A stretch of DNA of 50,794 bases. Origin: Actinomycetota bacterium (GTDB lineage: Bacteria; Actinomycetota; Thermoleophilia; Gaiellales; Gaiellaceae). The notes under the pieces were generated by a model, which was not told the DNA's origin, made no database searches, and saw nothing but the letters and a program-made list of their open reading frames with translations. Numbering within the stretch: position 1 is the stretch's first letter; each line of letters opens with the position of its first letter. Below, piece by piece: positions 41,930 to 49,540 of this stretch. The DNA lies in contig JBKPFG010000122.1 of the NCBI GenBank assembly GCA_046728735.1, forward strand, positions 1-50,794, in the 5' to 3' direction. The translations under genes and the position numbers were made by a program.

Positions 41930-42696
41930 TGGAGACGGTTCGAGGAGAGGATGATGGCCAGGTGACCGAGAGCGACCAGCGCCGCGACGACGAGGCGGGC
42001 GCCCAGCAGGATACGAGTTGCTAGCAGGTCGTCTCTGGCCGTGTCCAACAGGGCTGCGGCGAAGGCGAGCATGGTCAGCTCGATCGGGTTGAAGAGTCGA
42101 AAGAGCGGCACCGCGCCTGCGAGGCGGCGCGCTGAGCGCAAGCTCTGCGAGCGCGGGTCACGCGAGGCGTCTGCGTCTGCCAACGCGAGCTTCCCCTCGC
42201 GACCGCGAACCGAGTGGACGAGCTCGCTCTCGAGGCTGACGAGAAGCACGAGCAGCGAAGCGAGCAGGCCCAGAGCAGTCCAGCCGCCGACCGAGCTCCA
42301 GCCGCCGTCGGCTCGAACGCCCAGAGCAGCCGCCAGCGCCGCCTGCGTGACTGCATGGCTGAGCCCGTCCAGGTAGACGCCGCGCGACGAGCGGCTCTGT
42401 CGCCACCGCGCCACCTCGCCGTCCACGCAGTCGAAGAGAAGCCAGAGCTGCAGCAGAAGCGTCGCCCCGAGCGCCGCGGGCCAGCCGGGCAGGGAGAGCA
42501 CGAGGGCTCCCAGCAGGCCGCTGGCGATCATCAGACCGGTGACCTGGTTGGCCGTGATCGGGGTAGCGACGAACGCCCGGGTGGCGTACGGCGAAAGGCG
42601 GCGCATGTAGAGGCGGCCGGCCCAGTGCTCCTCGTCGCGTCGTCCGAGCACCTCGTCGGGCTGAGTCAGTGCCCGGATCTCAGCGATCGAGGGCAT
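41926..42696 (-). CDS. CDP-alcohol phosphatidyltransferase family membrane protein (copy B)
   Basis: ATG 42696 (MPSIAEIRAL). The family motif is DCVDGEVAR...G..LD (D-x2-DG-x2-AR). The protein has about 6 TM segments. Confidence 0.8.
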   Translation of the reverse strand: MPSIAEIRALTQPDEVLGRRDEEHWAGRLYMRRLSPYATRAFVATPITANQVTGLMIASGLLGALVLSLPGWPAALGATLLLQLWLLFDCVDGEVARWRQSRSSRGVYLDGLSHAVTQAALAAALGVRADGGWSSVGGWTALGLLASLLVLLVSLESELVHSVRGREGKLALADADASRDPRSQSLRSARRLAGAVPLFRLFNPIELTMLAFAAALLDTARDDLLATRILLGARLVVAALVALGHLAIILSSNRLQ

Positions 42697-43735
42697 CGAC
42701 GAACTCCTGCACGCGGGCTTCGATCTCCGCCTCCGCGAGATCGAGGTGCTCGAGGATCGTGTACCGGTCCGGACGGGTCGAGGGGGCGTGAGCGACGGCG
42801 GCGGCGAACTGGGCGGCCGTGAGGCCGAGGTCGGCCGGGAGCCGGGCGACGCCGTAGCGGGCGAGCGCGTCGTCCAGCGCGCCGAGGTTCTCGTCTTCAC
42901 GGAGGAACGAGGCGAAGAGCGCGCCGACCGCGACCTGCTCGCCGTGGCTGGCCGCACCGGGGTAGAGGGCGTCGATCGCGTGGGAGATCTCGTGGCAGGC
43001 GCCGCTGCAGGGCCGACTCGAGCCCGCGAGCGCCATTGCGAGGCCGCTGAGGACGAGGGCCTCGGCGAGGCCGGCGAGAAACTCCGGCGACGCCAGCTCC
43101 TCGTCGCGGTGGAGCAGAGACTCGGCCGCCGAGCGTGCGAGGGCCGCCGCGAGACCGTCGATGGGCTCGCCGCGCTCGCGGCCTGCCAGCTCCCAGTCGG
43201 CCAAAGCGCTGAGGTTGCTGAGCGCGTCGCCGACTCCCGAGCGAAGCTGCTCGGGCGGGCAGGTGCGCACATAGTCCAGGTCGACGAAGACCGCGATCGG
43301 AAGATGGACGCCGTACGAGCCTTTGTGGCCGTCGTACTCGAGCGAGGCGACCGGCGAGGCGATGCCGTCGTGCGCGAGGTTGGTCGCGACCGAGACCATG
43401 GGCAGCCCGGTGAGGCTCGCGGCGTACTTCGCCACGTCGAGCGTGCGCCCGCCGCCGATGCCCACGACCGCGTCGTAGGAGCCCGTGCTCAGCGAGTCGG
43501 CGAGCTCCGCTGCAGCCTCCCGCGTACCGCCCTCGACCGGATAGACGTCGGCGTTTTGGAGCGCGGGGCCGATATCGGTGACCACGCGTTCCCCCTGGCC
43601 GGGGCCGACGACGACCGCTACGTGGCCCTGGGACGAGATGCGGCTGTCGTTTAGGAGCTCGGCGAGACCCTTGACCGCGCCCGAGCGGATCTCGACCGTC
43701 AGCGGGCACGCGACCATCCGCGCTAGTAGCGGCAT
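42680..43735 (-). CDS. Iron-containing alcohol dehydrogenase fold, sn-glycerol-1-phosphate dehydrogenase-like (EgsA/AraM family)
   Basis: Blocks present are VVGIGGGRTLDVAKYAA, PMVSVATNLAHDGIASPVASL and SHGEQVAVG. The DGIASP block is what I associate with G1P dehydrogenases rather than GldA or DHQS. The start is ATG 43735 or ATG 43717. Confidence 0.7.
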   Translation of the reverse strand: MPLLARMVACPLTVEIRSGAVKGLAELLNDSRISSQGHVAVVVGPGQGERVVTDIGPALQNADVYPVEGGTREAAAELADSLSTGSYDAVVGIGGGRTLDVAKYAASLTGLPMVSVATNLAHDGIASPVASLEYDGHKGSYGVHLPIAVFVDLDYVRTCPPEQLRSGVGDALSNLSALADWELAGRERGEPIDGLAAALARSAAESLLHRDEELASPEFLAGLAEALVLSGLAMALAGSSRPCSGACHEISHAIDALYPGAASHGEQVAVGALFASFLREDENLGALDDALARYGVARLPADLGLTAAQFAAAVAHAPSTRPDRYTILEHLDLAEAEIEARVQEFVDALDR

Positions 43736-44454
43736 TCGATCTCCCTCGCCCTCGCGAGATCGGCGTGGTCGTCCACTTCGACCCAGTCCACGTCTCCGAT
43801 CGGCGCCGCGTGCACCTCGCCGCCGCGGTCGACGAGCTCCTGGAAGCCACCCTCGTAGTAATCCGAGGGATCCCGCCGCCAGGTCGCCTCGAGCGCATCC
43901 GCGAGCTGCTCGGCGGCCGGGGGCTCGACGAGCGTGACGCCGATGTACTCGCCCTGGGCGGCGGCCGGGTCGATCTCCTTGCTGACGGTCCGCAGGCTGC
44001 CGTCATCGGCGAGGAGCACCTTCATCTCCTCCCGGCCGAGCCGCTTCAACGTGTCGACCGCGAGCAGGACACCCGGGCCCCGGGCGGCGAGCAGGCTCTT
44101 CTCGACCGATGCCGGGTGCACGGTGTCGCCGTTCACGAGCAGCGCGCCATCGCGGAAGGCCTCTCGCGCGAGCCAGAGTGAATAGGCGTTGTTCCACTCC
44201 TCCGCGCGCTCGTTGAAGAGGAGCTCCAACCTGACGTCGTGGCGCCGCTCGAGCCCGTCCCGTTGCTCGGCCACGCGTTCGGCTGCGAAACCCGTCACGA
44301 CGACCACCTCTCGGAGGCCGACCGAGCGGAGATTCGCGAGGGACCGGTCGAGGATCGTGCGCCCGTTGGAGAGTGGCAGCAGCGCCTTCGGGAGCTCGTT
44401 CGTCAGAGGCTGGAGCCGGCGCCCGGGGCCGGCCGCGAGCACGATGCCCTTCAT
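43723..44454 (-). CDS. Nucleotidyltransferase (LicC / IPCT-like cytidylyltransferase, NTP_transf_3 type)
   Basis: ATG 44454 overlaps the upstream stop as ATGA. Blocks present are MKGIVLAAGPGRRLQPLTNELPKALLPL, WNNAYSLWLA and LVNGDTV. Confidence 0.85.
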   Translation of the reverse strand: MKGIVLAAGPGRRLQPLTNELPKALLPLSNGRTILDRSLANLRSVGLREVVVVTGFAAERVAEQRDGLERRHDVRLELLFNERAEEWNNAYSLWLAREAFRDGALLVNGDTVHPASVEKSLLAARGPGVLLAVDTLKRLGREEMKVLLADDGSLRTVSKEIDPAAAQGEYIGVTLVEPPAAEQLADALEATWRRDPSDYYEGGFQELVDRGGEVHAAPIGDVDWVEVDDHADLARAREIECRY

Positions 44455-45557
44455 CCTGCGCCCTCGACGGACGCCTCCCGCATGGACCGGCTCCACCTGA
44501 GCGCGGCCTCGGCCGCGTAGAGAGCCGCGAGCAACCCGGCGGCGACGGCGAGGCCGATCGTCAGCACGTCCGCAAGCGCGAGGACGACCACGAGGAGGAC
44601 GTGTCCTTCCCAGCCGCCTCCCAGAGCGCGGGCGCGGGTTGCGGAGCCCTCGCCCTGCTCGAGGCGACTGAGGGTGTCGTACTGGTGGAACGCGAGAACC
44701 GCGAGGAAGGCGAAGCAGGCGGGGAGTGCGTCCGGGTCGGCCAGGTCGACGATCGCGATCACGACTCCGAATTCCAGTGCGCGCGCGAGCTGGGCCGAGA
44801 GCCAGCTCAGGGTGGCCGCGCCCATGATCCGGGCGGCGAGCGGGCCGTCGTCCCGATAGACGCCGTAGTCGCGCCTCTCGGCCCCACCGCTGAGCAGTCG
44901 CCTCGTGAGCGGGGACGCAGTCGCGAGAGCTCCCCAGGCAAGGAGGATGACGAAAGTGACCCGGGGGGTGAAGAGAGCGGCGGTGAGCGAGATGACGAGG
45001 AAACGCTCGCCGATCGGGAAGGCGAAGATCCGTGCGGGCCAGACCCGGAGGCCGCTGCGGGCCTCGAGCGCCTCGGCTCGCCCCTTCCCGGCCGCGTACG
45101 CGGCGTCTCCTAGATGCCGAACTGTCAGCAGCGCGAGGGCGCAGCACGCGAGGAGCCAGACGCCCTCGTCGTAGCCGCGTGCGGCTCCGACGGCCAGCCC
45201 GGCATAGACCAGGTGCTCCTTCGTCCTGTCGAGGACCGAGTCGAGCCACGCGCCCAGGCTCGAGAACGTAGCCGTGTAGCGCGCCAACTGGCCGTCGACG
45301 CAGTCGGCCGTGAACGACAGCTGGAGCACGAGCGCTCCAGCGACCGAAGCCCAGCGCGTCCCGACCCCGAAACATGCCGCCGCCGCGGCCCCGAGAGCGA
45401 ACGAGACCAGGGTGACGGCATTCGGTGTCCAGCCCCGGACGGCGGCGAAGCGGGCGAGATGCTTGGAGTACGGGCTGACGAGGAACGTGGCGAAGAAGCC
45501 GTCGTTCGACTTCACCGCTGCGTCCAGCCTCGCCCGCTCTTCGGCCCGAATGGTCAT
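44451..45557 (-). CDS. CDP-alcohol phosphatidyltransferase family membrane protein (copy A) with an extra C-terminal membrane domain
   Basis: The family motif is DCVDGQLAR...G.WLD. An additional C-terminal hydrophobic domain of about 170 aa follows. The start is ATG 45557 (MTIRAEERARL) or GTG 45581. It is the first gene of the minus-strand operon. Confidence 0.75.
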   Translation of the reverse strand: MTIRAEERARLDAAVKSNDGFFATFLVSPYSKHLARFAAVRGWTPNAVTLVSFALGAAAAACFGVGTRWASVAGALVLQLSFTADCVDGQLARYTATFSSLGAWLDSVLDRTKEHLVYAGLAVGAARGYDEGVWLLACCALALLTVRHLGDAAYAAGKGRAEALEARSGLRVWPARIFAFPIGERFLVISLTAALFTPRVTFVILLAWGALATASPLTRRLLSGGAERRDYGVYRDDGPLAARIMGAATLSWLSAQLARALEFGVVIAIVDLADPDALPACFAFLAVLAFHQYDTLSRLEQGEGSATRARALGGGWEGHVLLVVVLALADVLTIGLAVAAGLLAALYAAEAALRWSRSMREASVEGAG

Positions 45558-45639
45558 GCCGACATCATCGCCGCCCTGCACATGATCATGGCGCGCACCG
45601 ACGGCGACGCGGAGGCCCGTCGTTACGATTTCGCGCGCG

Positions 45640-46782
45640 ATGGTGCTGAAGATCTTGTTCTGGACGAGCCTCGGCTTGCTCCTCTGGACGCACGTGGGCT
45701 ATCCGCTCGCGATCGGCCTCCTGGCGGCGATCGCACGACGGCGCGTTCGGAAGGTGGACATAACGCCGACCGTCGCCGTGATCGTGGTCGCCCACGACGA
45801 GGAGGACGTTCTCGACCGGCGGCTCGAGAACCTGTCCGCGCTCGACTATCCGCCGGAGCGGCTGGAGATCGTCGTGGCCTCGGACGGCTCCCGAGACCGA
45901 ACCGATGAGATCGTGGAGGCTCACGCCTCTCGGGACCGACGGATCAGCCTGCTGCGGCGTCCGCGGGAGGGCAAGCTCGCCGCGCAGGATGCCGCGGTCG
46001 ACGTCGTGACGGCTGAGGTCGTCGCCTTCTCCGATGCAAACGCGATCTGGTCGTCCGACGCCCTGCGCGCGCTCGTGCGCAACCTCGGGGACCCGAGGGT
46101 GGGGTACGTCTGCGGCCAGCTCCGCCTCGAGGATTCCGGCGGGACGAATCGCGAGGGCTGGTACTGGCGCTACGAGCTGTGGCTCAGGGAGAGGGAGTCG
46201 CTGGCAGGCTCCGTCACCGGCGGCAACGGAGCGATCTACGCTGTGCGACGGGCAGATTACGTGGCCACGCAGCCGGAGTTCGCGCACGACATCGGGCTGC
46301 CTTACCTCATGGTGCAGCGAGGTCGCCGCGCCGTGTACGAGCCCGAGGCAATCGCCGTCGAGCGACCCTCACGCGATGCGGAAGACGAATTTCGGCGCAA
46401 GACGAGGATGTTCGCCCGCAGCTGGCCTCACGTCCTGCGAGGCTGGATGTTTCGGGGCGGGTCGCCCCTCTACTTCTTTCAGCTCATTTCCCACCGAGCC
46501 CTGCGCTACGGCAGCGGCCTTCTCCACCTCCTCCTGCTGGTCACGAACTTCGCGCTCGTCAGAGAAGGCCTCGTGTACGAGCTCGCCCTGTCGGCCCAGC
46601 TCGCCTGGCTCGTCCTGGTGCTCGCCGGCAGGTTGCGTCTCCCGCTTCCCGGCGCGGCGCTCGCCTATTACTACTTCCTCGTGACCCTCGCGACCATCGT
46701 CGGCCTCGTGAGCTATCTGCGCTTCGGCGTTCCGGCCGTCTGGGAGAAGGCGGGGGGGACCCGACCGGAGGCAACCTCGTGA
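45640..46782 (+). CDS. Membrane-embedded GT2 glycosyltransferase (PgaC / cellulose-synthase-like architecture)
   Basis: An N-terminal TM is followed by VAVIVVAHDEEDVL, VASDGSRDRT, FSDANA, GGNGAIY and EDEFRRKTRM, then C-terminal TMs. Confidence 0.85.
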   Translation: MVLKILFWTSLGLLLWTHVGYPLAIGLLAAIARRRVRKVDITPTVAVIVVAHDEEDVLDRRLENLSALDYPPERLEIVVASDGSRDRTDEIVEAHASRDRRISLLRRPREGKLAAQDAAVDVVTAEVVAFSDANAIWSSDALRALVRNLGDPRVGYVCGQLRLEDSGGTNREGWYWRYELWLRERESLAGSVTGGNGAIYAVRRADYVATQPEFAHDIGLPYLMVQRGRRAVYEPEAIAVERPSRDAEDEFRRKTRMFARSWPHVLRGWMFRGGSPLYFFQLISHRALRYGSGLLHLLLLVTNFALVREGLVYELALSAQLAWLVLVLAGRLRLPLPGAALAYYYFLVTLATIVGLVSYLRFGVPAVWEKAGGTRPEATS

Positions 46783-47468
46783 GCAGGCCCTCGACCGACG
46801 GCTACGAGCGCCGAAAGAGGCTGCTCGACCTCGTCATCGCTGTGCCGGTAGGAGTGGTGCTCGCCCCTCTGATCGGTGCGTTTGCCGCTGCCGTCAAGCT
46901 CGAGAGTCGCGGTCCCGTCTTCTTTCGTCAGGAGCGCGTCGGCCGCCACGGTCGTCCCTTCGAGATTCTGAAGCTGCGCACGCTCCGCCACGAGCCGCCT
47001 GCGGGGCCGGCCGACTTTCTCATCCGGGCGGACGACGACCGCATCACGCGGGTGGGGGCGTTCTTACGGCGCTGGTCGCTCGACGAGCTCCCGCAGCTCT
47101 GGAACATCATCCGCGGAGACATGAGCATCGTCGGTCCTCGCCCGACTCTGCGGTACCAGGTCGACCAGTACACGCCTTTTCAGCTTCGGCGGCTCGAGGT
47201 TCTCCCGGGCATCACCGGGTGGGCACAGATTCACGGCCGCAACTACCTGAGCTGGCCGCAGCGGATCGAACACGACGTCTGGTACGTCGACCACCGCTCG
47301 TTCTCACTCGATCTCCGCATCCTTCTGGCCACGCCCAGGATCCTGCTGACGCCGCGGTCCATCTACGGCGACGCCCAAGGGGACTGGGGTGAGCGGGCGA
47401 CGACCGCTAACCGAGGGGACGAGCAGGAACACCGGCAACCCGGGCCCCATCCGGAACGTCCGCGATGA
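46779..47468 (+). CDS. Small bacterial sugar transferase (PglC/WecP-like polyprenyl-phosphate hexose-1-phosphate transferase)
   Basis: GTG 46779 overlaps the upstream stop as GTGA. Blocks present are KRLLDLVIAVPVGVVLAPL, VFFRQERVG..G.PF.ILKLRT, DELPQLWNIIRGDMSIVGPRP and PGITGWAQI. Confidence 0.85.
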   Translation: MSRPSTDGYERRKRLLDLVIAVPVGVVLAPLIGAFAAAVKLESRGPVFFRQERVGRHGRPFEILKLRTLRHEPPAGPADFLIRADDDRITRVGAFLRRWSLDELPQLWNIIRGDMSIVGPRPTLRYQVDQYTPFQLRRLEVLPGITGWAQIHGRNYLSWPQRIEHDVWYVDHRSFSLDLRILLATPRILLTPRSIYGDAQGDWGERATTANRGDEQEHRQPGPHPERPR

Positions 47469-48036
47469 CCACGGCTCCAGCGGCGACGAGCGCCCCTCTG
47501 CCGATCTGAACCCCTTCGATGACGACGGCGCCGATCCCGACGTGGGCGCCTTCACCGACTGCGGCGAGACCCGCGAGCCGGACCCCGGGCGCAAGATGTA
47601 CGTGGGCGCCGATCCGGCAATCGTGCTCCACGATCGCTCCGGTGTTCACGATCGTGTCCTCACCGATCTCCGCGCCGGCGTTCACGATCGCTCCCGCGAG
47701 CGCCTGCACTCCCTCGCTCAGGACGGCCCACGGGGAGACCGTGGCCGAGGCGTGCACGATCACCGGGAGCTCGAAGCCGGCTGCGAGGAGGCGCTCGAAC
47801 GCGCCGCGCCGCGGCCAGCTGTCACCGATGCCTCCGACACCGACGAACGCATGTGCGGCGTGCTCCCGTAGCTCCGGAAGCTCGGCGGAGGGGACCACCC
47901 GGGTCCCGAAGATCTCGCTTCCGGCTTTCCCCGGGTCGTCGTCGACGATTGCGGCGACCTCGTAGAGGTCCGACGACCGCAGCGCTTCGAGCACCGACTT
48001 GGCATGAGTCCCGGCGCCGAGGCCCACGATCGGCAT
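47407..48036 (-). CDS. Hexapeptide-repeat sugar N/O-acetyltransferase, NeuD/PglD family
   Basis: ATG 48036 (MPIVGLGAGTHAKSVLEAL). The N-terminal Rossmann-like domain is followed by left-handed beta-helix repeats (IGEDTIVNTGAIVEHDCRIGAHVHLAPGVRLAG...). The 3' end overlaps the convergent transferase gene by 62 nt. Confidence 0.8.
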   Translation of the reverse strand: MPIVGLGAGTHAKSVLEALRSSDLYEVAAIVDDDPGKAGSEIFGTRVVPSAELPELREHAAHAFVGVGGIGDSWPRRGAFERLLAAGFELPVIVHASATVSPWAVLSEGVQALAGAIVNAGAEIGEDTIVNTGAIVEHDCRIGAHVHLAPGVRLAGLAAVGEGAHVGIGAVVIEGVQIGRGALVAAGAVVIADVPDGARVAGVPARPLG

Positions 48037-48119
48037 GCGTTCACGTTTTTCGGAGAGCACGCGCCGATCATAGGGCTGGTCCTCAGGCGCCATCGGTACC
48101 CTGGCCACCGGCTCTGAGG

Positions 48120-49529
48120 ATGTCTCACCGCCTCGTGTATCCGTCCGCGCTCGTCGCCGTGCTCGCGCTCGGCGTCTCGGCGTGTTCGAGCGGAGAAGAG
48201 ACGGCCACGACACCTGCGCCGCGAGCTGCGACGCCGACCGTCGAGCAGCCTGCGCCGCCCGCTCCCGTCGCCGTCATCGGCGTTCGCGACGGCGACACGT
48301 CGAAGCCCGTTCGAGACGCGACCTTGAAGCTCGGGGACGAGACCCTGGAGCTCGGGTCGAAAGGGGTCGCCCGGCTCGCGCCTCGCCCCCGCGCCACGGT
48401 GAAGGTATCCGCCCGCGGCTACGGCCCCCGGGTCGTCGACGTCAGCTTCCGGCGACAACTGGTGCAGAGCATCGATCTCTGGCGCCCTGCCGCCCAGTGG
48501 CCGGTCTACGGGGCGAATCCCGCGCGGACGCAGGCTCACTCGGGGATCAAGCTCAGGCCGCCCTTCCGGGTGCTCTGGCGGCGGGACCTTGGCGCCTTGC
48601 TCGAGTTCCCGGCCGTCGTCTGGAACGGCGTGGCCTACGTCAACAGCCTCGACGGGTGGCTGCGTGCCCTCTCGATGAAGAACGGGCACGTTCTCTGGCA
48701 CAAGAGGGTGGGAAGCAGGATGGCGTCCTCTCCCGGCCTCGATCCCAAGCGCGGGCTCCTCGTGACGACGTCGATGACTCCCGGCTCCATGAAAGTGCTC
48801 ACGATGAAGACCGGTCACGTCCACTGGAGCCTCTCCACCGGGCGCACCGAGCCCTCGCCGGTCGTTCGGAACGGCCTGGCCTACGTCGGCGCCGCCAACG
48901 GGAACGTGTACGCGCTCGACCTCGCTCGCAAGCGAGTGAAGTGGGTCTTCCACGGCGGATCGAAGATCACCGGTAGCCCGGCGCTCCAGGGTCGGCGGCT
49001 CTTCGTCGGAGATTACGCGGGGCGGGTGTTCGCCCTCGATGCTCGCACGGGCAGGCGTCTCTGGACGAACGGCGTGAGCGGCCGCGTGTACGGGACGACC
49101 CCGGTTGCCGGCGGCCGGGTCTTCGCGCCCTCGGTGACCTCGGGGCTGTCGGCGTTCTCCGCTCGGAGCGGCCGCCTGCTCTGGCACATCCCGGTCAGCG
49201 CCTACCTCTACTCCTCGCCCGGCGTCTATCGCGGACGCGTCTACTTCGGCGCGTACACCGGGTACGTCTACTGCGCCTCGGCGAGCTCGGGTCGCATCCT
49301 CTGGGCGAGATCCGCCGGCGGAGCGGTGTCGGGCGCCATCGAGATCGTGGACGGCCTCGTCTACGCCGGGAGCTTCGGGGGCCGCATCACGGCGTGGGAC
49401 TGGCGCAGCGGCCGAAGGGTCTGGACCTTCTCGCACGGCCGGTACGTGCCCGTCTCGGGGAGCGCGGCCGCCCTCCTGCTCCACAGCGCCCGCTCGATCT
49501 GGGCCGTCACCGGTAGGAAACGGCACTGA
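48120..49529 (+). CDS. Lipoprotein with PQQ-like (BamB-type) beta-propeller repeats
   Basis: ATG 48120. The lipobox-type signal is LVAVLALGVSAC. A Pro/Ala linker follows, then repeated G.(V/L)YA.D...G...W blades (NGNVYALDLARKRVKW, AGRVFALDARTGRRLW, ...). Confidence 0.75.
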   Translation: MSHRLVYPSALVAVLALGVSACSSGEETATTPAPRAATPTVEQPAPPAPVAVIGVRDGDTSKPVRDATLKLGDETLELGSKGVARLAPRPRATVKVSARGYGPRVVDVSFRRQLVQSIDLWRPAAQWPVYGANPARTQAHSGIKLRPPFRVLWRRDLGALLEFPAVVWNGVAYVNSLDGWLRALSMKNGHVLWHKRVGSRMASSPGLDPKRGLLVTTSMTPGSMKVLTMKTGHVHWSLSTGRTEPSPVVRNGLAYVGAANGNVYALDLARKRVKWVFHGGSKITGSPALQGRRLFVGDYAGRVFALDARTGRRLWTNGVSGRVYGTTPVAGGRVFAPSVTSGLSAFSARSGRLLWHIPVSAYLYSSPGVYRGRVYFGAYTGYVYCASASSGRILWARSAGGAVSGAIEIVDGLVYAGSFGGRITAWDWRSGRRVWTFSHGRYVPVSGSAAALLLHSARSIWAVTGRKRH

Positions 49530-49540
49530 CCCTCCGACGC

